Positions 23,240 to 30,928 of a stretch of DNA of 32,000 nt are shown here, piece by piece. The stretch is from Planctomycetales bacterium (GTDB taxonomy: Bacteria > 4484-113 > JAFGCY01). The position numbers and the translations under genes are program-made. The stretch is taken from contig CP060262.1 of assembly GCA_022646745.1 (NCBI GenBank), positions 1,380,001 to 1,412,000 of the forward strand. Reading direction: 5' to 3'. A model generated the notes under the pieces. That model did no database searches and had not been told where the DNA came from. It saw only the letters and a list, made by a program, of their open reading frames with translations. The number at the start of each line of letters is the position of its first letter. The stretch's first letter is position 1.

Positions 23240-25690
23240 GTGAACAAACCTCATCTGCAGGTCGCAGTGCGCGGCCTGATCGCTTCTGTGCTGGCGGCGC
23301 TGGCCGTCACACAGGCCGGAGCCCAGGACAGCATCGCCCCCCGTGAACCGCTGCCGCCGCACCCGGTGATCCAGCGCGACCTGACACTGACCGACATGGA
23401 CATCGACATTGACATCCGCAACGGCACCGCGCGCACCGTTGTCACCCAGACCCTGCGCAATGACACCGGCCGCGTTGCCGAAGGCAAGTGGATGATGCCG
23501 CTGCCGGAGGGTGCGACGATCACCGACTTCACGCTGATCGACGGTGACAACGCGCTCACGCCGGAGATCCTCGACAGCAATGAGGCGCGCGGCATCTACC
23601 AGGACATCGTGCGCCGCATGAAGGACCCCGGCCTGCTGGAGTACCAGAACAACCGCACGGTCAGCGTGAGCGTATTCCCATTCCAGCCAGGCCAGAGCCG
23701 CCAGGTGAAGATCAGCTTCAGCAACACGCTGAGCGGAACCACGGAGCTGCAGCAGTACATGCTGCCGCTGCGCTGGGCCGGCTGGAGCCGCGTGCTGGAC
23801 ACCAACCTGATGATCCGCTACAAGGTCAGCGCCGACCACGACATCGGCAGCGTTGCCAGCCCGAGCTTCGCCGTCAGCGTCAACCGCGATGGCAACCGCA
23901 AGGTGAGCGGCAGCTATGAGGGCGTGATGTCCAGCTTCAGCTCGGACTTCCTGCTCAACATCGGCCGGCGTACTGACGACTTCGCCGCCAGCCTGCTGTG
24001 CTTCCCCGGTGACAACGGCGAGGATGGCTACTTCACGCTGAGCCTGCTGGCGGCGATGCCCGAGGAGCAGAAGGTGATCCCGAAGGACGTGCTGTTCATC
24101 TTCGACAAGAGCGGTTCGATGGACGGCGAGAAGATCCAGCAGGCGCGCGGAGCGCTGAACTTCGTCGTCGGCAAGCTGCGCGAGCAGGACCGCTTCAACC
24201 TGATCTACTACAGTGACAACGTCGAGACCCTGTTTGACTCGATGCGGCCAGGCACGAACGAGAACATCGAACTGGCCCGCAACCGTGTGACGCAGCTGGA
24301 TGCCAGCGGTGGCACGGACATCAACACGGCGCTGCAGGCCGGTGCCGACATGCTGCGCCCGGACGGCCGCCCGACCTACGTGGTTTTCCTGACGGATGGC
24401 CTGCCGACGGTCGGTGACACGAATGTTGACAACATCCTGAACAATGCGAAGGGCAGCTTCAAGCAGGCCGTCAAGCTGTTCGCCTTCGGCGTGGGTCATG
24501 ACGTGAACACCACCCTGCTGGACAGCCTGAGCTATGACCACCACGGGGCCGCGACCTACGTCGACCCGAGCGAGGACATCGAGGTCAAGGTCAGCCAGTT
24601 CTACTCGAAGATCGCCAGCCCCGCACTGACGGACATCCGCCTCGAGCTCGGCGGGATCAACGAGTACGACGTGATGCCGCGTGAGCTGCCGGACCTGTTC
24701 CACAACAACGAGATCTTCATCACCGGGCGTTACAGCTCGATCAACCTTGCCAATGTGGCGGTCAGCGTGACCGGCAAGTCCGGCGACAAGGAGAAGACCT
24801 ATGCCGCCAACATCCCCGCCAACGTGAGCAGTGGCAACCACCATGTGCCGCGCCTGTGGGCCACGCGCAAGGTGAGTTTCCTCCTGGACCAGATCCGCCT
24901 GAAGGGCGAGAACAAGGAGCTGCTGGACGAGGTTGACAGGCTGGCGGTGCGTTACGGCATCGTCACGCCATACACGAGCTACCTGATCACCGAACCCGAC
25001 ATGTACTTCCGCGAGCAGGACCGTATGGCCAACCTGGCCATGAACATCGAGGAGGCGATGGAGGACGAGAGCGGCGAGGCCGCCGTAGGACGCAGCCGCC
25101 AGAGCATGCAGAACCAGGCAGCTGACAACGCCGCCGCCCCGCAGACCGCAGGTGCCGTGGCCGGCAGCAGCGGCTTCGACAAGAAGGTCTACGGCAAGGA
25201 TGCGGACATCATGCTCGACCAGGCCTACATGAAGTACTCCGAGGGCTGGTTCGGCTACTACGAGGGCCTCGGCAGCGCCACGCCGGGCACCACAGTGAAC
25301 TACGTGCGTGAGCAGACCTTTGTCAACAGCGAGAGCCGCTGGGTCGATTCCCGCTTCCGTGATGATGAGCAGAAGACCGTCAGGCTGCAGACCTACAGCG
25401 ACGAGTACTTCGCGCTGCTGGACGACTATCCGGAGCTGGGCGACTACCTCAGCCAGGGTGAGAACGTGGTGTTCGTTGTCAACGACGACATCGCGCTGGA
25501 GACCGGCGCGGAGCTTGAGAACAGCAGCAAGGCCGAGATTGACGGCCTGCGCCGCGCGCTGGAAGGCGCCAGGCGTGATGCATCCGCGGCCCCGGCTGCC
25601 GGCACTCGCAGGGTGGCAACGGCGCCATACGGCGTGGCGGGCGTGCTGCTGCTGGCCGGCATCGCGGGCTGGAAGCTGGCACGCGGCTGA
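23240..25690 (+). CDS. VIT domain plus von Willebrand factor type A domain protein with a signal peptide and a C-terminal TM anchor
   Basis: Signal-like LIASVLAALAVTQAGAQD. VIT-like N-terminal region. vWA MIDAS motif VLFIFDKSGSMDG with later GGTDI and FLTDGLPT. C-terminal YGVAGVLLLAGIAGWKLARG. GTG start with GGGAG upstream. Confidence 0.88.
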   Translation: MNKPHLQVAVRGLIASVLAALAVTQAGAQDSIAPREPLPPHPVIQRDLTLTDMDIDIDIRNGTARTVVTQTLRNDTGRVAEGKWMMPLPEGATITDFTLIDGDNALTPEILDSNEARGIYQDIVRRMKDPGLLEYQNNRTVSVSVFPFQPGQSRQVKISFSNTLSGTTELQQYMLPLRWAGWSRVLDTNLMIRYKVSADHDIGSVASPSFAVSVNRDGNRKVSGSYEGVMSSFSSDFLLNIGRRTDDFAASLLCFPGDNGEDGYFTLSLLAAMPEEQKVIPKDVLFIFDKSGSMDGEKIQQARGALNFVVGKLREQDRFNLIYYSDNVETLFDSMRPGTNENIELARNRVTQLDASGGTDINTALQAGADMLRPDGRPTYVVFLTDGLPTVGDTNVDNILNNAKGSFKQAVKLFAFGVGHDVNTTLLDSLSYDHHGAATYVDPSEDIEVKVSQFYSKIASPALTDIRLELGGINEYDVMPRELPDLFHNNEIFITGRYSSINLANVAVSVTGKSGDKEKTYAANIPANVSSGNHHVPRLWATRKVSFLLDQIRLKGENKELLDEVDRLAVRYGIVTPYTSYLITEPDMYFREQDRMANLAMNIEEAMEDESGEAAVGRSRQSMQNQAADNAAAPQTAGAVAGSSGFDKKVYGKDADIMLDQAYMKYSEGWFGYYEGLGSATPGTTVNYVREQTFVNSESRWVDSRFRDDEQKTVRLQTYSDEYFALLDDYPELGDYLSQGENVVFVVNDDIALETGAELENSSKAEIDGLRRALEGARRDASAAPAAGTRRVATAPYGVAGVLLLAGIAGWKLARG

Positions 25691-25705
25691 TCTGACATTG
25701 TCAGT

Positions 25706-25739
25706 AAGGGGGCCATGGCAATGCCATGGTCCCCCTTTT
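25706..25739 (+). terminator. rho-independent terminator after the VIT-vWA gene
   Basis: aagggggccatgg (25706..25718) pairs with ccatggtccccctt (25724..25737) with one bulged t. Loop caatg, followed by a T-run (25736..25739). Confidence 0.75.
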
Positions 25740-25743
25740 AGTA

Positions 25744-25882
25744 CTCAGTGGTCAGTGGGCAGTGGTCAGAGAGAATCAGTTTGCAGAAACAGAAGCAGCA
25801 TATCCCAGTTGTCAGTTCCCTGAATCCTGACTTGATTCTCATTCTGATTCTGCTTCTCAAACTGCCCACTGACCACTGCAGT
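25744..25882 (-). repeat. composite heptamer-based hairpin repeat, copy A (inverted relative to copy C)
   Basis: A perfect 18-bp inverted repeat, cagtggtcagtgggcagt (25746..25763) with actgcccactgaccactg (25861..25878). The reverse complement aligns arm for arm with 29458..29623. The 35-nt block agtgggcagtNtgagaagcagaatcagaatgagaa has 1 mismatch. The 60-nt block tgctg..ttctgcaaactgattctc.ctgaccactg... has about 7 mismatches. Confidence 0.85.
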
Positions 25883-25946
25883 TTGGACTTCCGGTCGCTT
25901 CCGCGCTTCTGGTACTGCCTGTCAGTAAATCCCGGTAAAGCCCGGA

Positions 25947-25952
25947 TATAAT
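25947..25952 (+). promoter_or_regulatory. consensus TATAAT -10 box upstream of the small coiled-coil gene
   Basis: gaTATAATc lies about 60 nt upstream of the ATG at 26012. The -35 is weak. Confidence 0.35.
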
Positions 25953-26011
25953 CCCAGCAGGCAGGTCGCCCTGGCGGCGGCACGGGCCCGGTTATCCGGA
26001 GGAGAGACGCA

Positions 26012-26269
26012 ATGAAAAGAGGTTCACCCGCAGAAGTCGACATCAACGAGCTGAACATGTCCGTTGTCAGGATGCGCGACGAGATGGACCTCATGAAGGA
26101 ATTCAGCCTGCAGGTCAGTGAGGGCATGCAGGCTTCCACCAAGCTTTTGGTGGCCCTGCAGGAAATGGTCTGCGTGGTGGAGAGGCGCCTGAGCATCATC
26201 GAGCAGCGCCTCGGGCTGGAACAGGCGGAGAGCCTTGAGCAGGTGGCCGAGCGCGCGCTTGAGGAATAG
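26012..26269 (+). CDS. small (85 aa) soluble, predicted coiled-coil protein of unknown function
   Basis: GGAGGAG Shine-Dalgarno 7 nt upstream of the ATG. Third-position GC bias matches neighbouring genes. Heptad-like distribution of L/V/I/M with E/R/Q. Flanked on both sides by repeat elements. Confidence 0.6.
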   Translation: MKRGSPAEVDINELNMSVVRMRDEMDLMKEFSLQVSEGMQASTKLLVALQEMVCVVERRLSIIEQRLGLEQAESLEQVAERALEE

Positions 26270-26389
26270 CTGGCAGAGAGCAGAAAGCAGGGAGCAGGGG
26301 GCAGACTAGGTTTATCGATACATCCAGTCTGCTGTCTGCTATCAGCTCCCTACTGATTACTGACCACTGATCACTGATACACTCACAGC
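26270..26389 (+). repeat. composite heptamer-based repeat, copy B (shorter, divergent); fills the whole intergenic gap
   Basis: (GCAGRRR)x5 at 26273..26307. 7-bp stem gcagact/agtctgc (26301..26307 with 26326..26332). (YYACTGA)x4 at 26350..26377. The 3' arm resembles the 3' arm of copy C. Its end supplies TACACT 6 nt upstream of the GTG at 26390. Confidence 0.7.
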
Positions 26390-27916
26390 GTGACCGCCAC
26401 GCTGCTGACAGATGCACGCGAGCTCTTTGCGCTGATGCGCGGGCAGGCGCACAACCCGCTTCTGGATCAGTGGCAACTGGCAAGGCGCAGGCGTAGCCTC
26501 AGGCTCGGCTTCCACGGCAGGCTGAAACAGCCGCAGGCAAGCTGGTTGTTGCCATTGTTCATCCCGATCATCATCTGGATGAATCAATCAATTGGCCAGT
26601 CAATGCTCGATCTGCTGCCAATGGTTCTCTCTTGTCTGCTGCTGCTGGCATGGCTGCTTCCGCGATTGAAACTGCTGCTGCGTATCGCCCTGACAATCGC
26701 AGTGGCGACAACTCTGGCAATCATGATTCATGTCGACGGCAACTACCTGTTCTCGTCATTCTGGCCTGATTTCCACAATACCGATGGGAGCGGACAGCTC
26801 ATTCTTTTGCAGTTGCTGGCCGGTATCTACTGCCTGCAGGCCATCGGCCGCGCGATACAGCATGGCATGCTGCTGACCGGTTCGCAGTCCGGCTTCCATC
26901 CGGAGCAGGACGCCTCGGACATCCGCAACTCACTGCTGGATGACCGCGAGATCCTGCAGGCCTTCATCGCATTCCACTTTCCTTCACTGCTTGGAAGCTT
27001 CGCCTGGCTGAGCCTGTTTTCCGGGATGGAGCTGACAGCATACATAGGGGAGATCCACTTAGTTGAAGCGATGCTGGTTTCCTTCGGGCTTGGATTTGTG
27101 ATTCTTCTATTCTCTCTTTGCGCTTGCCTACTTCTGATGATGTTCGTGGTCCAGCTCCGGCCACACCTGCCGGTCCGTCTGGCTGCCATTGGGCTTTGCA
27201 GCCTGATTTTGCTAGGGCAACTCGCCCAGGTGTTCTTATTCCGCTACTTCGCGCTGGACTACCACAGCTATAACATCCGTTTCCTGTTCGATGTCGCAGC
27301 CATCACTCCGCATCATATGCGTACATGGCTGATGATGCTGGCCCTCAGCTGGCTGTTTGCGATCCATCCGGCCCGCCTGTTGGCTAGGCTCAGCGCGCAG
27401 CGAAGGCAAATACTTGCGTCATCTGTGTTGCTGCTGTTCATTGCCTACCTGTTGCTCTTTATGGTTGCAGTTTCAAATGAAGCATTGCTGATTGTCCGCC
27501 CGGCATACGCTGAACTGGAGGAGTATCTTCAGGGGGTCTGCTGGAGCCTGCTGATGATCCTCGGCTGGGTTTCATTACTGCTGGCATCACAGTACAGCCG
27601 TTTCATGCGTCTGGTGGCAATGCTTGCCCCCCTGGCCGGATTGATCCTGCTGTATGGCTTGACATTCAAGTTGGGAAATGCCGGATTCGTGCCTGCTGAA
27701 TTCGTGCTGCTGTTGCTGACAACTTCGGCATTCTCGATTATCGGCAGCGAGCCGGTGTTCAATTTCATGATTGCCTACATCTACCGGGACTACCAGAATG
27801 TTTCACTGATAGTGGCGCATGCTCTGCTCTGTGGTGCCCTCCAGTTTTTCATGCTGTTCCTGATGCACCGCTTGGCACTAATGGCAATCAATCGCTGGCG
27901 GAGGCTTGCTGAATGA
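26390..27916 (+). CDS. polytopic membrane protein, paralog 1 (508 aa, many TM segments; no assignable family)
   Basis: Highly hydrophobic ORF. Shares the N-terminal peptide LLTDARELFALMRGQAHNPLL[D/E]QWQLAR, the mid-protein DIRxSLLxDRE[IV]L..A....H.P.L and the C-terminal ..ALQF....FLM.RLAL with the next gene. GTG start. The stop overlaps the next start (ATGA). Confidence 0.8.
   Translation: MTATLLTDARELFALMRGQAHNPLLDQWQLARRRRSLRLGFHGRLKQPQASWLLPLFIPIIIWMNQSIGQSMLDLLPMVLSCLLLLAWLLPRLKLLLRIALTIAVATTLAIMIHVDGNYLFSSFWPDFHNTDGSGQLILLQLLAGIYCLQAIGRAIQHGMLLTGSQSGFHPEQDASDIRNSLLDDREILQAFIAFHFPSLLGSFAWLSLFSGMELTAYIGEIHLVEAMLVSFGLGFVILLFSLCACLLLMMFVVQLRPHLPVRLAAIGLCSLILLGQLAQVFLFRYFALDYHSYNIRFLFDVAAITPHHMRTWLMMLALSWLFAIHPARLLARLSAQRRQILASSVLLLFIAYLLLFMVAVSNEALLIVRPAYAELEEYLQGVCWSLLMILGWVSLLLASQYSRFMRLVAMLAPLAGLILLYGLTFKLGNAGFVPAEFVLLLLTTSAFSIIGSEPVFNFMIAYIYRDYQNVSLIVAHALLCGALQFFMLFLMHRLALMAINRWRRLAE
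26402..26485 (+). repeat. 84-nt conserved 5' coding module, copy 1
   Basis: 79 of 84 nt identical (hand alignment) to 27970..28053. 4 of the 5 differences are synonymous third positions. Confidence 0.85.
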
Positions 27917-29457
27917 ATGCTGATAAGCATGTTGCTTCTGCCATGCTTGCAGATAGCAGCAATCCGGGGCTGCTGACTGACGCACGCGAGCTCTTCGCGC
28001 TGATGCGCGGGCAGGCGCACAACCCGCTTCTGGAACAGTGGCAACTGGCGAGGCAGCGCAAGTGGCAGCGCAGCGGCTGGTGGGCCCGCTACGGCATCAT
28101 CCTGATCTGCTGGCTGCCCAGCCTGGCGCTCTATTACTTTTTCGCATCCTTCCCATTCAGCAATCCGCCGGATCCTGAGAACTTCGCCGTTCCGCTCATG
28201 CTGGGCGGTGGGCCGCTTGTGCTGCTCATCGGCTTGTTGCTGCCGCTCAGGTTGGCAACGATGCGGACGCTGCTGATGCTCATCGGCGGCCTGCTGGGAT
28301 TTGCCGCCTCCTTCTCAGGCTTCAGGCTGTACAGCACGGATGTCGAGGATGCCATGGTGGCACTCAGTTTCGCCGTGCTGATCCCGCTGTTTTCATATAC
28401 GCTGGCTGGACTGTTTGCGGCGCTTGGGCATGGGCTGGACATCACATCGGAGACGGGCGAGGCGCGCCGGGACCAGTCTGCACAGGACATCCGGCTCTCA
28501 CTGCTTGGCGACCGCGAGGTCCTGCTGGCCTACCTCGCCCTGCACCTGCCGCAGCTCTTCAGGCGCATCGCCTGGCTGGGCTGGGGAGTGATGATGGTGC
28601 TCGTGCTGTCGACAACATCTGATTTCTACAATGCCAATCTGGTGTTGCCACCGGCCATGCTCGGGGCTGCCGTATGGGTCAGTTCACAACTGGCGGCCTG
28701 TGTAATGCTGATGCTGGCAGCGCTCTCAATCCGCCTGCAGGGCAGCAGCGGCCGCTCCCGGCTGTCAGTGCTGCTGCTGTTCATCGGGGCGCAGTACGGC
28801 CTGGCGCTGGCATCCTGCTTCGTGATGTTCGAACCGGGCCGCGAGGCCGACTCCTACTGCAACAACCTCAACCTGGGCGAGAAACTGCTGCTGCTCAGCC
28901 CGCTGCTGTTGTCAGTACCGCTGTCGATTGCCCTGCGCCGGGCCGCGGATTCCGCGGCTGACCTGCTTGCCCTACTTGGCATGCTGCTTTCGGCATCAAT
29001 CGTTCTGGTGGTGCTTCTGCCTGACCTGCAGTACCTTTCCGATGGATATGTTGCCAGCCACCAGCCGGAATTCATGCTGAGCCTGCTGCTGCCTGTGATG
29101 TTGCTGTCGGGCCTGTGGCTGGCACGATACAGGGCCTGGGTGCGTACGATTCTACTGGTCATGCCAGCCCTGCTCGGCGCGCTCAGCCTGGTGATCCTGC
29201 TGGCCTTGATGTTCAGCATGTCAGGCGGCAGCCTGCCGGTGCTCATGCAGGAGCTGGTGCGCAGTGTCGCCGCCTACTCCGTCGGCAGTGTGCTGGCGGT
29301 GCAGTCATCCATCTTCTGGGGGGACTGGAACAGCCTGCATGAGCCGCTGATCGAATGGTGGCGCTGGCCGCTGCATGTTGCGCTGCAGTTCGTTGTCATC
29401 TTCGTGATGTACCGGCTGGCGCTGCAGCAGGTACGCGCCTGGCGGATGAACCAGTGA
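27913..29457 (+). CDS. polytopic membrane protein, paralog 2 (514 aa)
   Basis: Same conserved islands as paralog 1 with an extra 20-aa N-terminal leader. Hydrophobic throughout. GC-rich, like the rest of the window. Confidence 0.8.
   Translation: MNADKHVASAMLADSSNPGLLTDARELFALMRGQAHNPLLEQWQLARQRKWQRSGWWARYGIILICWLPSLALYYFFASFPFSNPPDPENFAVPLMLGGGPLVLLIGLLLPLRLATMRTLLMLIGGLLGFAASFSGFRLYSTDVEDAMVALSFAVLIPLFSYTLAGLFAALGHGLDITSETGEARRDQSAQDIRLSLLGDREVLLAYLALHLPQLFRRIAWLGWGVMMVLVLSTTSDFYNANLVLPPAMLGAAVWVSSQLAACVMLMLAALSIRLQGSSGRSRLSVLLLFIGAQYGLALASCFVMFEPGREADSYCNNLNLGEKLLLLSPLLLSVPLSIALRRAADSAADLLALLGMLLSASIVLVVLLPDLQYLSDGYVASHQPEFMLSLLLPVMLLSGLWLARYRAWVRTILLVMPALLGALSLVILLALMFSMSGGSLPVLMQELVRSVAAYSVGSVLAVQSSIFWGDWNSLHEPLIEWWRWPLHVALQFVVIFVMYRLALQQVRAWRMNQ
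27970..28053 (+). repeat. 84-nt conserved 5' coding module, copy 2
   Basis: See 26402..26485. Confidence 0.85.
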
Positions 29458-29623
29458 AGAGTGGTCAGTAGTCAGTAGTCAGTGGGCAGTATGAGAAGCA
29501 GAATCAGAATGAGAAACAGAATCAGAATGAGAAGCAGGTCAGGAAACCAATTACCTCAATCTGCTGTTTCTGCTTCTGCAAACTGATTCTCCCTGACCAC
29601 TGTCCACTGATTACTGACTACAG
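29458..29623 (+). repeat. composite heptamer-based hairpin repeat, copy C; fills the convergent intergenic gap
   Basis: (AGTRGKC)x4 at 29460..29487. 18-nt unit gagaaRcagaatcagaat x2.5 at 29493..29537. 23-bp basal stem with 2 mismatches (29468..29490 with 29599..29621). Abuts the TGA of paralog 2 and overlaps the stop codon (29618..29620) of the minus-strand gene. Confidence 0.85.
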
Positions 29624-30928
29624 TTTGCTGCCTTTCTCGCTGCTGATGGCAACATCAGCGTTGCCATCTTCAGCCGCTTCAGCGTCCTTGCCATAGTCGC
29701 GCAGCTCGTCCATGTGCAGCTCCGCCAGCTGCTGGCCTTCGATCTCGATCACCAGCACGCCGTCCTTGTCCTCGCTCACATGGATCTTCTCACCGGTGTA
29801 GCTGCTTGACTTGTAGCGCAGCACCGGCATCCCGCTGGCCTCCAGCCGCTTCTCGTTCGTGAAGATCTCCACCAGCGGGGCATTGAGGGTCATGCCGTGC
29901 CCGATGTCCTCCAGCTCCACCTGCCAGGCCTGCATCAGGCCCTCGTCCATCATGAAGTCGAGGTTCAGGGCCGTCAGTTCTATGTCGCGCTCGGGGTCAG
30001 TCACGTTGACCCGGCCACGGGCGCGCACCACATGCGCCTCGAGGTCGATGCTGACACCCGGTGCCGCACTGTCCGGCGCGGGTGGAGCGGACTGGCTGCC
30101 GCCGGGCACCAGCGGGTCAAGCTCCCTGGCAACACTCTGCTCCAGGCTGCCGTCGTCCGGCTGCGGGCTGATCAGCATGTCGATCCCGCTGTACGCCAGC
30201 CGCACCTCACCGGGCACATTGACAATCCCGGTGTTCATGTTGAACACGCAGCCTGAAGTCTGCAGCTGCAGCGGCTCAGCCATTCCCTTCTGCCTGTAAC
30301 TGCCGGAGATGTGACCGGAGGCGGTCACGATACCGGCATTGCTGTCCAGGTGGATCCCGTCCGCACTGAGCCGCGTGCTGCCGTTGGCATCATCCATCGA
30401 GAGGCTGGTGCGTCCACTGCCGGTCCAGGTCTGGCCGCCGTCGGTGCTTTCCACGCTGGCGGTGCTGATCACCACGCCGTGGCCCTCGAAGCGCACGTTG
30501 CCATTCGCCTTCAGCCGGCGCACGCTGTCGGAGCGGAAGCGTGCCTTCGGCAGTTCGAGATCACGCGCGATCTGCCCGAGGTCCTCGCCCTCGGCGCGGT
30601 TCTCCAGTTCCTCCGGCAGGCTCGGGATGCCCTCATCGGGCAGCTCCAGCTTGCCGTCGACCGGCAGCGCCTCGCCGACCAGCGTCAGTTCCAGCGCGTC
30701 GGTGTACAGTACCAGCCCGCGCCCTTCGATGCGAACCCCGCCGGAGAAGCGCATCAGGGTCAGTTCCTCCATCGGCGTGATCGTCAGGCCGTTGGCGTAG
30801 ACCTGGTAGCTGCGCATCATCGGCGCCGGTTCCTGCGGTGCGGGAGCACTGTCCTGGGCCCTTGCCTGCATGAGCGCCGCCGCCAGCAGCAGCACTGCCA
30901 TGCCCATCCTGACTGCCATCATTCTCAA
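29618..30928 (-). CDS. periplasmic protein with repeated LptA/OstA-like beta-jellyroll-type segments (signal peptide)
   Basis: Signal peptide MAVLLLAAALMQARAQD. Recurrent motifs of the type FSGGVRIEGRGLVLYTDALEL, LKANGNVRFEGHGVVISTASV, VTASGHISGSY, VRARGRVNVTDPERDIELTALNLDF and LEASGMPVLRY recall OstA_N/LptA folds. The assignment is tentative. Confidence 0.45.
   Translation of the reverse strand: MRMMAVRMGMAVLLLAAALMQARAQDSAPAPQEPAPMMRSYQVYANGLTITPMEELTLMRFSGGVRIEGRGLVLYTDALELTLVGEALPVDGKLELPDEGIPSLPEELENRAEGEDLGQIARDLELPKARFRSDSVRRLKANGNVRFEGHGVVISTASVESTDGGQTWTGSGRTSLSMDDANGSTRLSADGIHLDSNAGIVTASGHISGSYRQKGMAEPLQLQTSGCVFNMNTGIVNVPGEVRLAYSGIDMLISPQPDDGSLEQSVARELDPLVPGGSQSAPPAPDSAAPGVSIDLEAHVVRARGRVNVTDPERDIELTALNLDFMMDEGLMQAWQVELEDIGHGMTLNAPLVEIFTNEKRLEASGMPVLRYKSSSYTGEKIHVSEDKDGVLVIEIEGQQLAELHMDELRDYGKDAEAAEDGNADVAISSEKGSKL

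Noticed and set aside
23153-24844. 563-aa ORF on the - strand
   Set aside because: Antisense to the VIT-vWA gene, which has a clear MIDAS motif. Its composition (V/A/D/R/H/G) and lack of motifs indicate an artefact.
26357-26587. Minus-strand ORFs 26357..26587 and 27790..28044, which share the peptide QKRVVRLPAHQR[KE]ELAC
   Set aside because: Their similarity is just the antisense reading of the conserved 84-nt module of the two + strand membrane-protein genes. They have no independent start context or coding signal.
25741-29625. Interpretation of the repeats as a CRISPR array or as a classical IS or composite transposon
   Set aside because: There are no regularly spaced 25-40 nt direct repeats with unique spacers and no cas genes. 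No transposase, integrase or invertase ORF occurs in any frame between or near the repeats. I therefore report only the inverted-repeat architecture, not a named mobile element class.
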